Assembly (NCBI GenBank): GCA_963667845.2 | Contig: CAXXVL010000002.1 | Coordinates: forward strand, 1,632,001-1,696,000 | DNA from: Smithellaceae bacterium | GTDB taxonomy: Bacteria; Desulfobacterota; Syntrophia; Syntrophales; Smithellaceae | Direction of reading: 5' to 3' | Length of the DNA: 64,000 nucleotides | Part shown: piece by piece, positions 45,303-57,317 of the stretch | Layout of the letters: the number at the start of each line of letters is the position of its first letter | Numbering within the stretch: position 1 is the first letter of the stretch | Position numbers and translations under genes: made by a program | The notes under the pieces: generated by a model | Told to the model about the DNA's origin: nothing | What the model saw: the letters and a program-made list of their open reading frames with translations, nothing else | Databases searched by the model: none

Positions 45303-47291
45303 ATGGCGGCAGATTCAAAAAAATGGCTGAAGTTCCGGCTGGCCAGCATTTTGGCGATTTTTTTGATTTTGTTTATTGCGCTGTTGTCTCGGGCGTTTCA
45401 ATTACAGGTTTTATCCGGCGAGAAATTGAAGAAGCTGGCGCAGCGGCAGCATACCACCACATTGCCCATTCATTCCGAAAGAGGCATGATCTACGACCGT
45501 AACGGTGAGAAGCTGGCCATGTCGGTCATGGCGGACTCCGTGTGCGCCGACCCGACGCGAATTTCGGATCCGGCGAAAGCGTCGAAGCAGATCGCCGCAG
45601 TTCTTAACCTGGACCAGCCTGCCGTTTATAAAAAAATATCGGAGCCCAAGAGCTTTTGCTGGCTTGCCAGAAAGATTGACGTGCAAAAAGCAGCAAAGGT
45701 GGAGGCGGCGGACATCGAGGGCGTTTTTCTCATTAAAGAGCCGAAGCGATTTTACCCCAACGGCCAGCTTGCCGCGCATTTGATCGGATTTTCCGGTTTT
45801 GACGCCGAGGGGCTCGAAGGGCTCGAAAGAAAGTACGATGCGTATCTGAAGGGGACACCGGAGAGTCTGACCTGGGCGAGGGACGCCAAAGGGAAGAAAC
45901 TCTTTCTGCATGTTGAACACAACGCCGCCGCGAAAAATGACAGCGCCAATCTGGTGCTGACGATTGACAGCCGTATTCAGTACCTGGTGGAATCGCATCT
46001 GAAGGAGGCGGTGCTGGACAAGGAAGCGAAGGGCGGCATCGCGATCGTCATGGACCCGAAAACCGGCGAGATTCTGGCCATGGCCAACGAGAAAGGATTC
46101 AACCCCAACAACATCAAGGGACTGACCTCGGATGCCTGGAAGAACCGCGCGATCGCGGATGCGTTTGATCCCGGTTCGACCTTTAAACCTTTTCTGGTCG
46201 CCGGTGCTCTGGAAGAAAAAGTGGTCAAGGAATCAGATCGGTTTTATTGTGAAGACGGACACTATGCCATCGCCAACCGCGTGATCAGGGAAGCCAACCG
46301 GAAACGCCACGGCTATCTTGCCGTGCGCGATATCCTGAAATACTCAAGCAATATCGGCTCCGCCAAAATAGCGGAGAAGCTCGGGAAGGAAAAATATTAC
46401 AGCTATATTAAAAACTTTGGTTTCGGATCGAAGACGGGAATCGACCTGTCCGGCGAGGCGGCGGGACTTTTGCGGCCGGTGAAAAGCTGGACCAAGGTGG
46501 ACACGGCGAACATCGGTTTCGGTCAGGGTATTTCGGTTACAGCCATTCAGCTCATTACTGCGATGTCGGCAATCGCCAACGGCGGAGTCTTAATGAAACC
46601 CTATCTGGTGCGGGGCCTGACGGATAAAAACAACAATCCGATTAAGATGTATGCGCCGGAAACCGTTCGCCGGGTCGTTTCTGCGGAAACGGCAAAACGC
46701 CTGACGGCCATGCTGACGGAGGTCGTCGGGGCTGAGGACGGCACGGGTAAAAGGGCGCATATCATGAATGTCGCCGTCGCCGGTAAAACCGGAACCGCGC
46801 AGAAATTTGATTTCGCCCGCGGCAGTTATTCCTCGGAAAAAGTCCGCACGTCCTTTATCGGATTCTTCCCCTCCGATAATCCGCAGGTGGCCATCCTCGT
46901 CATGCTGGATGAACCGCAGCACGACAAGTGGGGAGGCGTGGCCGCTGCGCCGGTTTTCAAGAATATCGGAGAACAGATTCTTAACTGTTTTAAGACGAAC
47001 ATTCGGGAAACGCCGGTGTTCGAACCGCAAAAAACAAACGCGGTGCAATTGGTTGCGGCGGATCAATCTCTTATCGAGGGTGTAGATCCGGGTGAAAATC
47101 AAATCGATAGCGAATTACGAATGCCGGACTTTCGCGGCCTGACCATCCGCGAGGCCTTGAAAACAGCGAAATCCCGGTCGATTGTCTTGCGCGTTTCCGG
47201 CAGCGGCTGGGCGGTGAGTCAGGCTCCCGCGCCGGGCTCTGTTTTGGGCGATGAGCGTCTTTGCAAAATTGTATTTGAGATGAAAAACTGA
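45303..47291 (+). CDS. ftsI: Penicillin-binding protein 3 with PASTA domain
   Basis: RGMIYDRNG, PGSTFK (SxxK), SSN, KTG; C-terminal PASTA MPDFRG. Confidence 0.95.
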   Translation: MAADSKKWLKFRLASILAIFLILFIALLSRAFQLQVLSGEKLKKLAQRQHTTTLPIHSERGMIYDRNGEKLAMSVMADSVCADPTRISDPAKASKQIAAVLNLDQPAVYKKISEPKSFCWLARKIDVQKAAKVEAADIEGVFLIKEPKRFYPNGQLAAHLIGFSGFDAEGLEGLERKYDAYLKGTPESLTWARDAKGKKLFLHVEHNAAAKNDSANLVLTIDSRIQYLVESHLKEAVLDKEAKGGIAIVMDPKTGEILAMANEKGFNPNNIKGLTSDAWKNRAIADAFDPGSTFKPFLVAGALEEKVVKESDRFYCEDGHYAIANRVIREANRKRHGYLAVRDILKYSSNIGSAKIAEKLGKEKYYSYIKNFGFGSKTGIDLSGEAAGLLRPVKSWTKVDTANIGFGQGISVTAIQLITAMSAIANGGVLMKPYLVRGLTDKNNNPIKMYAPETVRRVVSAETAKRLTAMLTEVVGAEDGTGKRAHIMNVAVAGKTGTAQKFDFARGSYSSEKVRTSFIGFFPSDNPQVAILVMLDEPQHDKWGGVAAAPVFKNIGEQILNCFKTNIRETPVFEPQKTNAVQLVAADQSLIEGVDPGENQIDSELRMPDFRGLTIREALKTAKSRSIVLRVSGSGWAVSQAPAPGSVLGDERLCKIVFEMKN

Positions 47292-47294
47292 GGC

Positions 47295-50273
47295 ATGATG
47301 GAACTGCGGCAATTACTCCAGGGCGTCACCATGACCGGGCAGCAGTCCGGCAAAACCGGTGAAGTATCGTCGGTCTGCTACGCTGCGGATCGCTGTGAAC
47401 CGGGATCATTGTTTGTCGCCATTCCCGGACTCGTCCACGACGGGCACGATTTTATTCGTCAGGCCGTGGAGCGCGGCGCGCGCTTCATTGTTTATCAGAA
47501 AGATGTTCACCTGCCGGAAGGGATTGCCGGGATTAAAGTTCCGGACAGCCGCCGCGCGCTGGGAGAGCTCGCCAGGAACTATTTCGGCGATCCGTCCTCC
47601 CGATTGACCCTCGTAGGCATTACGGGAACCAGCGGGAAGACCACGGTGTCTTATCTTCTCGAAGCGATCCTGAAGGCCGCCGGTTTTCGCACAGGCGTCT
47701 TGGGAACGGTCAATTATCGTTACAACGACAATATCGTTCCGGCTCCGAACACGACGCCGGAATCCTACGAACTGCAAAAAATCCTGAGCGAGATGGTCCG
47801 CTCCGGGGTGACCCATGTGATCACCGAAGTGTCGTCGCACGCGCTGGATTTAAAACGGGTGGACGATTGCGATTTCGATCTGGGCATCTTTACGAATCTG
47901 AGTCCGGAGCATCTCGACTATCATCGGGACATGGAAGATTATTTCCGGGCCAAAAAAAGATTCTTTACTGAAATTCTGACCCGCGGCAAAAAGACCACCA
48001 CTCCGAGAATGGTAATCAACGCCGATGATTCATGGGGGCAACGGCTGCTTGGCGATGTCTCAGCGCCCGCACTGAGTTACGGTATCGAAAAAAATGACGG
48101 CGTGACGGCTGAGCACAAGGAAATAACGCTCGACGGCATCCGGGCCGAGATCAACCTCGGCAAAAACAGAATCCCCATCGTCTCCGGACTCATCGGACAA
48201 TTCAATCTTTCCAACATTCTTGCGGCGGCGGCCGCCGCATCCATCCTGGGCGTGGAAGCGCCGGTGATTGCCCGCGGAATCCTGAATTTATCCGGCGTTC
48301 CGGGGCGGCTGCAGAGGATCGATTCCGTGGCCGGCATTCATGTTTTTGTCGATTACGCCCATAAGCCGGACGCGTTAAAACAGGTGCTTACGAATTTAGA
48401 TCACCTGAAGCAAAAAAGACTATTGACTGTTTTCGGTTGTGGCGGTAATCGTGACCGCGCCAAAAGACCGCTGATGGGTGAAACGGCAACCCGGTACAGC
48501 GATTTGACGATTATAACGTCCGATAATCCCAGGCTTGAAGAGCCGATGGCGATTATCGGCGAAATTGTAGCCGGCATCAACCGGCAGAAAATAAAAGAGG
48601 TGCCTCCGGATCATCTGCAGTTCACAAAAGACGTGCATGTCTATGCGGTGATGGCCGATCGGAAGTCCGCCATTATCGCCGCGATCGGACTGGCCCAAAC
48701 CGGTGACATCGTATTGATCGCCGGCAAGGGTCATGAAGATTACCAGATTCTGGGAACAAAAAAGATATCGTTTGACGACCGGATTGTCGCGATGGAAGCC
48801 CTGAAATCAAGAGACCGCGGGCTTTCGGAAGGGACATCCCCGGAGTTTTCTGTGGCCCAAATCCTGGCCGCGACCGGGGGACGTCTGATTGCCGGAAGCG
48901 GCCAAAAAATGATTTACGGTGTTTCCACCGATTCCCGGCGTATCGAACGGGGCAATCTTTTTATCGCTCTTTCGGGAGAGAACTTTGACGGCCATGCTTT
49001 CGTGCAAAAGGCGGTCGAAGACGGGGCGGCCGGCGTCATCGTCTCCGATGCCGGCAAGATCAATGTGGGAGCGATTGCTGATGAGACCAATGTCATTGAG
49101 GTGGCCGATACCCTGCGGGCGCTGGGGGATCTGGCGCGCACCTACCGGCAGCGGTTTTCCGTTCCCGTTATCGGACTCACGGGGTCTTCCGGAAAGACGT
49201 CCACCAAGGAAATGCTGGCCGGCATTCTGACTCAGGAGAAGAAGGTTCTCAAGACGGAGGGAAATTTAAATAACCTGATCGGGCTGCCGCAAACCATTCT
49301 GCGCATAACGAATCGGGACGAGATCGTCATCCTGGAAATGGGGACGAACACGCGCGGCGAAATCAAAAGGCTCACGCAAATTGCCGTGCCGGACATCGGG
49401 CTCATCACCAATGTCGGTCCTGCGCACCTCGCGGGATTCGGAACGGTGGATGCGGTGCGGGAGGAAAAAGGTGATTTGTTCCTGAATATGAATCCGGCCG
49501 GAATTGCCGTGGTGAACCTCGATGATGAAGCCGTGCGCAAGACCGCGGATCAGTGGTCGGGCCGCCGCGTCACTTACAGCATGAGCGCCGCCGCCGATGT
49601 CGGAGTCATCGACATCCGGAAAAACGGTGCGCGGGGGATGAGCTTCAGCCTGCTGATTTGCGGGCAGGCTCACAAAGTGGATATGAAGATTGCCGGCATC
49701 CATAATGTCTACAATGCCCTGGCGGCCGCCGCCGCGGCTCTGGCCTGCGGGATAAGCCCGGATTCGATCAGGCGGGGTCTGGCGGTATTTGCGGCGGTGG
49801 GCGGACGGATGGAGATCATTAAACTGCAAAATGGCGCGTATATCATCAATGACGCCTATAACGCCAATCCCGCATCGGTGCGGGAGGCCTTGCTGACGCT
49901 GAAGGATTTGAAAAATTCACACAACGCCTTTGTCTTTTTAGGCGACATGCTGGAATTGGGAGACGCCGCTCCCGAGATGCACCGCCGGGTCGGGATGCTT
50001 CTGGCGACAATCGGCGTGACGGCTGTTTTCCTTCAGGGCGATTTTGCGGAAGCGACGGCGACAGGCGCCCGGGAGGGTGGGCTTGGCGACGGGCAGATCA
50101 TTTTTTTGCAAGGCGATGAAGACGCGGTGGCGCAATTGAAAAAACAGCTGCGCAAGGGAGATTGGATTCTGGTCAAGGGGTCGCGCCGGATGAAAATGGA
50201 CAGGTTCGTGACCCGAATCTGCGAGGATGTCGGCGTCGAAAAAACAGAGGGAAGGCCGGGAGAAAATAAGTGA
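47295..50273 (+). CDS. murE-murF: Bifunctional MurE-MurF fusion ligase
   Basis: Mur[30 protein letters not shown]; short linker; Mur[34 protein letters not shown]; single 992-aa ORF. Confidence 0.93.
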   Translation: MMELRQLLQGVTMTGQQSGKTGEVSSVCYAADRCEPGSLFVAIPGLVHDGHDFIRQAVERGARFIVYQKDVHLPEGIAGIKVPDSRRALGELARNYFGDPSSRLTLVGITGTSGKTTVSYLLEAILKAAGFRTGVLGTVNYRYNDNIVPAPNTTPESYELQKILSEMVRSGVTHVITEVSSHALDLKRVDDCDFDLGIFTNLSPEHLDYHRDMEDYFRAKKRFFTEILTRGKKTTTPRMVINADDSWGQRLLGDVSAPALSYGIEKNDGVTAEHKEITLDGIRAEINLGKNRIPIVSGLIGQFNLSNILAAAAAASILGVEAPVIARGILNLSGVPGRLQRIDSVAGIHVFVDYAHKPDALKQVLTNLDHLKQKRLLTVFGCGGNRDRAKRPLMGETATRYSDLTIITSDNPRLEEPMAIIGEIVAGINRQKIKEVPPDHLQFTKDVHVYAVMADRKSAIIAAIGLAQTGDIVLIAGKGHEDYQILGTKKISFDDRIVAMEALKSRDRGLSEGTSPEFSVAQILAATGGRLIAGSGQKMIYGVSTDSRRIERGNLFIALSGENFDGHAFVQKAVEDGAAGVIVSDAGKINVGAIADETNVIEVADTLRALGDLARTYRQRFSVPVIGLTGSSGKTSTKEMLAGILTQEKKVLKTEGNLNNLIGLPQTILRITNRDEIVILEMGTNTRGEIKRLTQIAVPDIGLITNVGPAHLAGFGTVDAVREEKGDLFLNMNPAGIAVVNLDDEAVRKTADQWSGRRVTYSMSAAADVGVIDIRKNGARGMSFSLLICGQAHKVDMKIAGIHNVYNALAAAAAALACGISPDSIRRGLAVFAAVGGRMEIIKLQNGAYIINDAYNANPASVREALLTLKDLKNSHNAFVFLGDMLELGDAAPEMHRRVGMLLATIGVTAVFLQGDFAEATATGAREGGLGDGQIIFLQGDEDAVAQLKKQLRKGDWILVKGSRRMKMDRFVTRICEDVGVEKTEGRPGENK

Positions 50274-51349
50274 TTTACGAATTTCTATATCCGCTGCATA
50301 CGGCATTTTCATTCTTTAACGTGTTTCGTTATATCACGTTTCGGACGATCTTTGCTTCGATCACGGCCCTGCTCATTTGCCTGCTCCTGGGGCGCCTGTT
50401 CATCGGCAAACTGCAAAATATGCAGATTGATCAGCAGATCCGCGATGACGGACCGCAGACGCATTTGGCGAAGAAAGGCACGCCCACCATGGGCGGCATC
50501 CTTATTATCTTTGCCGTGGTGATTTCCACGCTGCTCTGGGCAAACTTTGCAGTCGGTTACGTCTGGCTTGCCCTGCTCGTAACCATCGGATTCGGCATCA
50601 TCGGATTTCTGGATGATTACCGGAAGCTGGCCGGCAAGAATTCCCGCGGCATTTCGGGCAAAACACGGCTTGCCGCAGAAATTGTGATCGCCTTGTTTGT
50701 CGGCGTTATCCTGTACTTCAAGCCGGGATTCAACACGCAGGTGACGATTCCCTTTTTTAAAACCGTTTTGCCCAATCTGGGCTGGGGCTACATCCTGCTT
50801 TGCGCTTTTATTATCGTCGGTGCGGCCAATGCGGTGAATCTCACGGACGGTCTCGACGGGCTTGCGACCGGTCCCGCGGGCATCTGTTTTGTGACGTATC
50901 TGCTTTTTGCTTATTTTGCCGGCAATGTCAAAATAGCCGGTTATCTGCAGATTCCTTATGTTCCCGGCGCCGGAGAATTGTCGGTGTTCTGCGGGGCCTT
51001 TATGGGCGCGGCGCTCGGTTTTTTGTGGTTTAACGCCTACCCTGCGGAAATATTCATGGGCGATGTCGGATCACTGTCCATGGGCGGAGCACTCGGAACC
51101 GTCGCGGTGATCACCAAGCAGGAAATCCTGCTCGCGATTGTCGGAGGGATCTTCGTTATGGAAACGTTTTCCGTCATTTTTCAGGTCGGTTATTTCAAAC
51201 TGACGGGCGGCAAGCGGATTTTCCGGATGGCGCCGATTCATCACCATTTTGAACTGAAGGGCTGGGCGGAACCCAAGGTGATCGTCCGGTTCTGGATTAT
51301 ATCGATCCTGCTGGCGCTCCTGGCCATCATCACCTTGAAATTGCGGTAG
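50270..51349 (+). CDS. mraY: Phospho-N-acetylmuramoyl-pentapeptide transferase
   Basis: [37 protein letters not shown]. Confidence 0.98.
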   Translation: MIYEFLYPLHTAFSFFNVFRYITFRTIFASITALLICLLLGRLFIGKLQNMQIDQQIRDDGPQTHLAKKGTPTMGGILIIFAVVISTLLWANFAVGYVWLALLVTIGFGIIGFLDDYRKLAGKNSRGISGKTRLAAEIVIALFVGVILYFKPGFNTQVTIPFFKTVLPNLGWGYILLCAFIIVGAANAVNLTDGLDGLATGPAGICFVTYLLFAYFAGNVKIAGYLQIPYVPGAGELSVFCGAFMGAALGFLWFNAYPAEIFMGDVGSLSMGGALGTVAVITKQEILLAIVGGIFVMETFSVIFQVGYFKLTGGKRIFRMAPIHHHFELKGWAEPKVIVRFWIISILLALLAIITLKLR

Positions 51350-51356
51350 AGGAAAA

Positions 51357-52703
51357 ATGGAACTTCGCGGAAAGAAAATAGTGGTTATCGGCATGGGAAG
51401 GACGGGCATCGCGACGGCGTCGTTTCTCGGAAGCCACGGTGCGTCAGTCGTGGCGGTCGATGAAAAGCCGTCAAGCGACTGGGGCGAGGTATTCCAGCCG
51501 CTTAGCCGCGAGCCCTGGCTGACCGTCGGCAGCTATGACGCGTCGGCGCTCGACGGCGCCGATCTGGTCGTGCCGTCGCCGGGAATCCCGCCGCATCATA
51601 CCCTGTTGGTTGCCGCGCAGAAAAAGAAGATTCCCATCATCAGTGAGATCGAACTTGCTTATCAATTTATCAAAGTGCCGATCATTGCTGTGACGGGAAC
51701 AAATGGAAAAACAACCACGACGACACTGCTGGGCAAAATTCTCGCTCACGCCGGAAAGAAAGTCTTTGTCGGCGGCAATATCGGAAATCCGTTGATTGAA
51801 TATGCCGGATCTCCCCAGACCGACGATTTTATTGTCGCGGAGATCAGCAGTTTTCAGCTCCAGTGGATCAAAACATTCCGTCCGCATGCCGCGGTGCTCC
51901 TCAACATTACCTGCGATCACGTCAACTATCACGGTTCGTTTGAAGAATACCGGCGCGTGAAGGCGAGCATCTTTGAAAACCAGCAGAATAACGATCTTGC
52001 CATTTTGAATGCGGAAGATGAAACGCAGGAAGGGCTTGCGGCAGCAATGAAAGCGCAAGTTGTCCGGTTCAGTTCGCGCCGGGAGATGGGGCCGGGCATA
52101 TTCCTGCAGGATGACGATATCGTTTACAGCAAACCGGACGGCTCTCAAGAATATTATCCGGTCGGCATGATTCATCTGCCGGGTTTGCACAACGTCGAAA
52201 ACGTTATGGCGGCAGTCGTTGCGGCGCGTTTTTGCGGGTGTTCTCAGGAAAGCATTGTCGAAGCCGTGTCCGAATTTCGCGGCCTTTCTCATCGCATCGA
52301 ATTTGCCGGCGAGAAAAACGGAATCAAATTTTATGACGATTCCAAGGGCACCAACGTGGATGCCGTCATCCGCGCGCTTCAGACTTTTTCCGCGCCCGTT
52401 ATTCTGCTTTTGGGAGGGCGCGACAAAGACGGAAATTTCGCAGCGCTGCAGACGCTCATCGGAGCAAAGACAAGGCAGGTCATTTTGTTTGGCGAGGCGC
52501 GCGACCGCATTTTGCCTCAGCTTGGCAAAACGGCCGTGCCGGCGGTCTTGGAGCCGACGCTCAAAGCGGCCATTGTGCATGCCTATAAGATTGCCGGGCC
52601 CGGGGAAATCGTGCTTCTGTCGCCGGGATGTGCAAGTTTTGATGAGTTTGCCAACTACAAAGAACGCGGGGATTTTTTTAAGGACGTGGTCAGGACTCTC
52701 TAA
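51357..52703 (+). CDS. murD: UDP-MurNAc-L-Ala--D-Glu ligase
   Basis: SPGI, GTNGKTT, GGNIG, EISSFQL, DDSKGTN, LSPGCASFD. Confidence 0.97.
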   Translation: MELRGKKIVVIGMGRTGIATASFLGSHGASVVAVDEKPSSDWGEVFQPLSREPWLTVGSYDASALDGADLVVPSPGIPPHHTLLVAAQKKKIPIISEIELAYQFIKVPIIAVTGTNGKTTTTTLLGKILAHAGKKVFVGGNIGNPLIEYAGSPQTDDFIVAEISSFQLQWIKTFRPHAAVLLNITCDHVNYHGSFEEYRRVKASIFENQQNNDLAILNAEDETQEGLAAAMKAQVVRFSSRREMGPGIFLQDDDIVYSKPDGSQEYYPVGMIHLPGLHNVENVMAAVVAARFCGCSQESIVEAVSEFRGLSHRIEFAGEKNGIKFYDDSKGTNVDAVIRALQTFSAPVILLLGGRDKDGNFAALQTLIGAKTRQVILFGEARDRILPQLGKTAVPAVLEPTLKAAIVHAYKIAGPGEIVLLSPGCASFDEFANYKERGDFFKDVVRTL

Positions 52704-53812
52704 TGGAAGCAGCAGTAAAAAAAGAGACGAATACGCCGGATATCATTCTTCTGCTCGTCACCTTGATCCTGGTGACGGTCGGCACGGCGATGATCTATTC
52801 GTCCAGCTCGATTCTGGCTCTGGAAAAGTTCAAGGACGGGCAATTCTTTTTGAAGAAGCATTTAGTGTTTGTTTTTGTAGGCCTCGTGACGATGATCGTG
52901 ATGACCAAGATTCCGTATGAACAGCTCAAGCGCGTGGCGTATCCCGGCGTGATCGTCTCGATCGTTTTACTGCTGCTGCTTTTCGTTCCGCACATCGGCA
53001 TCCGGAGAGGCGGCGCGACACGCTGGCTTAACATGGGCGTGTTTTCGTTTCAGGTGACCGAGCTTGTCAAGGTGGCGATGGTGATTTTCCTGGCGCATCT
53101 TCTGACCCGCAAAGTGCATCAGCTGAAGAAGTTCAGCCGGGGTGTACTGATTCCCCTTTCGGTCACGGCCTTCATCATGGGGCTCATCATCCTGCAGCCG
53201 GATTTCGGGACCGTTGTGATTATCATGTCGATTCTGCTGCTGATGCTGTCGCTTGCCGGTTCCCGGATCACCCACCTGCTGTTTCTGGGCGCGGCTTTTA
53301 TTCCTGTGGGCGTCTGGCTCATCATGCACAAGGGCTACCGGATGGCGCGCCTGACGGCGTTTCTGGATCCCTGGAAAGATGCCGACAATACGGGTTTTCA
53401 GCTGATCCAGTCGCTGATTTCCTTCGGCTCCGGCGGCGTGACGGGCATGGGGATCGGCGATGGGATGCAAAAATTATTTTACCTGCCGGAACCGCACACG
53501 GATTTTATCCTGGCGGTGATCGCGGAGGAAAGCGGTTTTATCGGCGTGACGATCGTGATTGTCATGTTCATTTTCTTCCTCCTGCGCGGCTTCATGATTG
53601 CGTTTCGAGCTCCGGATCTTTTCGGGACACTTTTGGCTGCGGGGCTGACGATGCTGATCGCCATGCAGGCCTTCATTAATATCGCGGGCGTCATGGGACT
53701 GATTCCGCTCAAGGGACTGGCGCTGCCTTTCCTGAGCTATGGCGGCACGTCCTTTGTCATGAGCATGCTGGCGGTGGGGATTCTGCTCAATATATCCACG
53801 CAGCGGACATGA
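52703..53812 (+). CDS. ftsW: SEDS peptidoglycan polymerase FtsW
   Basis: GATRW, QPDFG, LPEPHTDF, PFLSYGG. Confidence 0.96.
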   Translation: MEAAVKKETNTPDIILLLVTLILVTVGTAMIYSSSSILALEKFKDGQFFLKKHLVFVFVGLVTMIVMTKIPYEQLKRVAYPGVIVSIVLLLLLFVPHIGIRRGGATRWLNMGVFSFQVTELVKVAMVIFLAHLLTRKVHQLKKFSRGVLIPLSVTAFIMGLIILQPDFGTVVIIMSILLLMLSLAGSRITHLLFLGAAFIPVGVWLIMHKGYRMARLTAFLDPWKDADNTGFQLIQSLISFGSGGVTGMGIGDGMQKLFYLPEPHTDFILAVIAEESGFIGVTIVIVMFIFFLLRGFMIAFRAPDLFGTLLAAGLTMLIAMQAFINIAGVMGLIPLKGLALPFLSYGGTSFVMSMLAVGILLNISTQRT

Positions 53813-53864
53813 ACGCGGCGGGGAATAAGAGCGTGCACAATGCGTGCAGGAGAGGAAGAAACCG

Positions 53865-54962
53865 GTGCGGATAGTCATTGCGGGAGGAGGAACGGGAGGT
53901 CACTTGTTCCCCGGCATTGCCGTGGCGGAGGAATTTCTGAAGCGCGATCCGCAGAGCGGGGTGATATTTATCGGTACGAAGCGAGGTATTGAACACCGGC
54001 TGCTGGGAGCGCTGGGGTATACGCTCAAAGAAATTGACGTTGAAGGGTTAAAGGGACGGGGGATGAAGGCATTGATTAAAGGCCTTTACGCAATACCGAA
54101 CAGCATGCTGCAGTCCAGACGTATCCTGTCCGATTTTCGGCCGGACGTGGTGATCGGCGTCGGCGGCTATGCGTCCGGTCCCGCAGTGATCGCGGCATGG
54201 ATGATGGGCATTCCGACGGCCATTGCCGAGCAGAACGCGCTGGCCGGAAACACGAACCGTATTCTGGGCAAGTTCGTCGATAAAGTATTTTTGACATACG
54301 ATCAGAGCAAACGGCAGTTTGCCGCCGCCAAGGTCCTGGTGACGGGCAATCCGGTCCGCGCAGCCTTTGCCGCGGGTTTGGATCGTCCGGAGGAAAAGAA
54401 GGCCGGGCGGCAGGTTCTCATTTTCGGCGGTTCGCAGGGAGCGGCGGCCATTAATAAAACGGTCGTGGCCATGCTGCCGCTTTGGCGGAAGGTGAAAGAC
54501 AGCGTCCGGATCGTCCATCAAACGGGCGAGCGTGATCTGGAGATGGTGAAGAAGGCCTACGCCGGGCAGGGCATCGCGGCGGATGTCAGAGCGTTTATTG
54601 TCGACATGGTGTCGGCCTATACGGCCGCCGATCTGATGATTTGCCGCGCCGGGGCAACGTCGCTTGCGGAAATTACGGCGGCGGGAAAGGCCTCGATCCT
54701 GATTCCTTTCCCGTTTGCGGCCGATGACCATCAGACGCTGAACGCACAGGCCATGGTCGAAGCGGGCGCTGCGGCGATGATCCGGGAGAGCGATCTGACC
54801 GCCGAGAAGCTTTTCAAGACGGTTACAGGACTGCTCGCGGATGAGCAGAAGTTAAAAGATATGGAAAAACAATCGAGGGCGCTTAGCCGTCTGGATGCCG
54901 CCGCGAGAATTGTCGACGCCTGCATGCAGCTCGCCTGGGCAGGCAGACACGGGTGCTCATAA
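53865..54962 (+). CDS. murG: Lipid II GlcNAc transferase MurG
   Basis: GGGTGGH, GGYAS, EQN, GNPVR, GGSQGA, RAGA, HQ-NA. Confidence 0.97.
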   Translation: MRIVIAGGGTGGHLFPGIAVAEEFLKRDPQSGVIFIGTKRGIEHRLLGALGYTLKEIDVEGLKGRGMKALIKGLYAIPNSMLQSRRILSDFRPDVVIGVGGYASGPAVIAAWMMGIPTAIAEQNALAGNTNRILGKFVDKVFLTYDQSKRQFAAAKVLVTGNPVRAAFAAGLDRPEEKKAGRQVLIFGGSQGAAAINKTVVAMLPLWRKVKDSVRIVHQTGERDLEMVKKAYAGQGIAADVRAFIVDMVSAYTAADLMICRAGATSLAEITAAGKASILIPFPFAADDHQTLNAQAMVEAGAAAMIRESDLTAEKLFKTVTGLLADEQKLKDMEKQSRALSRLDAAARIVDACMQLAWAGRHGCS

Positions 54963-54981
54963 AGAAAGAAGAAATCAGAGA

Positions 54982-56391
54982 ATGGGAAAACACCAGGAAA
55001 CAGGATTCATGCAGCGCAAAGTAAAGCGCATTCATTTTGTCGGCATCGGCGGCATCGGGATGAGCGGCATCGCTGAAGTGCTCTTGAACCTCGGTTACGG
55101 GATCAGCGGGTCGGATGTTCAATCGTCCGATACGTCCAAGCGCCTGCAGCGTTTAGGCGCGACGGTTGCGGTCGGACATGCGGCGGAAAATATCGGCAAC
55201 GCCGACGTCGTCGTGACGTCTACGGCAGTCAAACAAGATAATCCGGAAGTGGTGGAAGCGCGCCGCAAAAATATTCCGGTCATCCCGCGCGCGGAAATGC
55301 TGGCGGAACTTCTGAAGATGAAATTTTCCGTCGCCGTCTCCGGAAGCCACGGCAAGACAACGACGACATCCATGGTATCAACAATTCTGGCGGAAGGCGG
55401 TCTCGATCCGACGATGGTCATCGGCGGAAAGCTGGCCTCAATCGGTTCCAATGCGCGGCTGGGCGGAGGTGACATCATTGTAGCGGAAGCGGACGAGAGT
55501 GACGGCTCTTTTTTGAAGTTGTCGCCGACCATCGCCGTCATCACGAACATTGACCGTGAACATCTGGATTATTATCCCGGCATTGCCGAAATCAAGGACG
55601 CCTTCTTAAAATTCGCCAATATTGTCCCGTTCTATGGCTGCACGGTCATATGTAACGACAACGATCACGTACGCGAGATTGCCCCGTCCATCAAGCGCCG
55701 GGTCATTACTTACGGCATCGAGCACCCGGCGGATTACCGCGCAGGCAATATCCGGTTTCTGGAAGCGAAGACGGTATATCGACTGTCCTATCGCGGAGAA
55801 GATCTGGGCGATACCGAACTTGCCGTGCCCGGTCTCTTCAATGTCTACAATTCCATGGCGGCGACAGCCGTCGGGCGCGAGCTGGGATTGGATATGGAAA
55901 CCATTCGCAAAGGATTCCATGCCTTCTCCGGCGTGCAGCGCCGTCTGGAGATGAAAGGTCAGGCCAATGGCATTACGGTTGTGGATGATTACGGACATCA
56001 CCCGACGGAAATCGTGGCGACGCTTGCCGCGGCGCGGCAAATGTGGAAGGGCCGATTGATCGTCGTTTTCCAGCCGCATCGTTTCACGCGCACGAAGGCG
56101 CTTTTTGATGAGTTCACCCGGGCATTCGGTGATGCGGACATTCTGGTGCTGAACGATATTTATCCGGCCAGTGAAGCGCCGATTCCCGGCATTAATTCTG
56201 CAGCTCTCTGGGCGGCGATCAACGAGAGCGGACATGCGCACGTCGAATATATCGGGCAGCCCAAGCCCACCGTGGACTTCCTCAAGGCGACGGCCGGCCC
56301 GGGCGATACGGTCATTACGCTGGGTGCGGGCAGTGTGTACAAGATCGGCGAGGCCTTTCTCGATGAGATAAAGCAGGAGACAAAGAAGTAA
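54982..56391 (+). CDS. murC: UDP-MurNAc--L-Ala ligase
   Basis: HFVGIGGIGMSG, GSHGKTTT, EADESD, DDYGHHPTE, FQPHR; start 54982 or 55009. Confidence 0.97.
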   Translation: MGKHQETGFMQRKVKRIHFVGIGGIGMSGIAEVLLNLGYGISGSDVQSSDTSKRLQRLGATVAVGHAAENIGNADVVVTSTAVKQDNPEVVEARRKNIPVIPRAEMLAELLKMKFSVAVSGSHGKTTTTSMVSTILAEGGLDPTMVIGGKLASIGSNARLGGGDIIVAEADESDGSFLKLSPTIAVITNIDREHLDYYPGIAEIKDAFLKFANIVPFYGCTVICNDNDHVREIAPSIKRRVITYGIEHPADYRAGNIRFLEAKTVYRLSYRGEDLGDTELAVPGLFNVYNSMAATAVGRELGLDMETIRKGFHAFSGVQRRLEMKGQANGITVVDDYGHHPTEIVATLAAARQMWKGRLIVVFQPHRFTRTKALFDEFTRAFGDADILVLNDIYPASEAPIPGINSAALWAAINESGHAHVEYIGQPKPTVDFLKATAGPGDTVITLGAGSVYKIGEAFLDEIKQETKK

Positions 56392-57317
56392 TGACGGGTC
56401 ATCTTGCCATAAAGAATGCATTAGACCGCGTGACGGTCGGCAACGTGTGGTTTAACGAACCGATGTCGCGTCATGCGTCGCTGAAACTGGGCGGTGCCGC
56501 TGATGCGCTCGTGATGACCGAAAATGAGGAGCAGCTAGGCCATGTTTTGCAGAGGCTTGCCGAAAAGCAAATTCCGTTCATGCCCGTGGGCAATCTGACC
56601 AACATCCTGGTGCGCGACGGCGGTTATCGCGGCGTCCTCGTCTGGATGCGCGGAATGGATCAAGTCAACGCTACGCCGGGCCCGGACGGCGAATACGGCA
56701 TCGATGCCCAAGCCGGTGCAACGCTTGCTAAAGTAGTGAATCTGGCCGCCTCTCGCGAATTGACCGGTGTGGAATTCTGCACGGGTATTCCCGGCAGTGT
56801 CGGCGGGGCCGTCTGGATGAACGCCGGGGCCTATGGAAGAGAAATCAAGGATGTTGTTACTCAAGTGACGGTCATGGATCAAAACGGACAAAAAAAATTA
56901 CTGAAGCGCAGTGAGATCGCCTTTGCTTATCGGCAATCGAATCTGCCCGCAGACGTCATTATCTGCCGGGCGCAGTTCGTCCTGCAAAAAGGCAGCGCCG
57001 CGCAGATCCGGGAACGGATGTCTGAGATTTCGAAGTCGCGGCAGGAGAAACATCCGCTCAAGTATCCCAGCGCCGGATCGGTGTTTAAGAACCTGCCGGG
57101 AATGCCGGCAGGAAGATTGATTGAGGAACTGGGGCTGAAAGGTCTGCGGCACGGTGATGTCCAGGTATCGAAAAAGCACGCCAATTTCATTGTGAATAAA
57201 GGGCAGGGCACCGCTTCGGACATGATTACGCTGATCAAGATCATTCAGGAGGCGGCCCGAAAAGAAAAGGGGGTCAACCTGGAGACGGAAATTGTGATTA
57301 TTGGAGAAGACGTGTGA
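56391..57317 (+). CDS. murB: UDP-N-acetylenolpyruvoylglucosamine reductase
   Basis: GIPGSVGGA, MNAGAYG, PSAGSVFKN, KHANFIVN, LETE. Confidence 0.97.
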   Translation: MTGHLAIKNALDRVTVGNVWFNEPMSRHASLKLGGAADALVMTENEEQLGHVLQRLAEKQIPFMPVGNLTNILVRDGGYRGVLVWMRGMDQVNATPGPDGEYGIDAQAGATLAKVVNLAASRELTGVEFCTGIPGSVGGAVWMNAGAYGREIKDVVTQVTVMDQNGQKKLLKRSEIAFAYRQSNLPADVIICRAQFVLQKGSAAQIRERMSEISKSRQEKHPLKYPSAGSVFKNLPGMPAGRLIEELGLKGLRHGDVQVSKKHANFIVNKGQGTASDMITLIKIIQEAARKEKGVNLETEIVIIGEDV

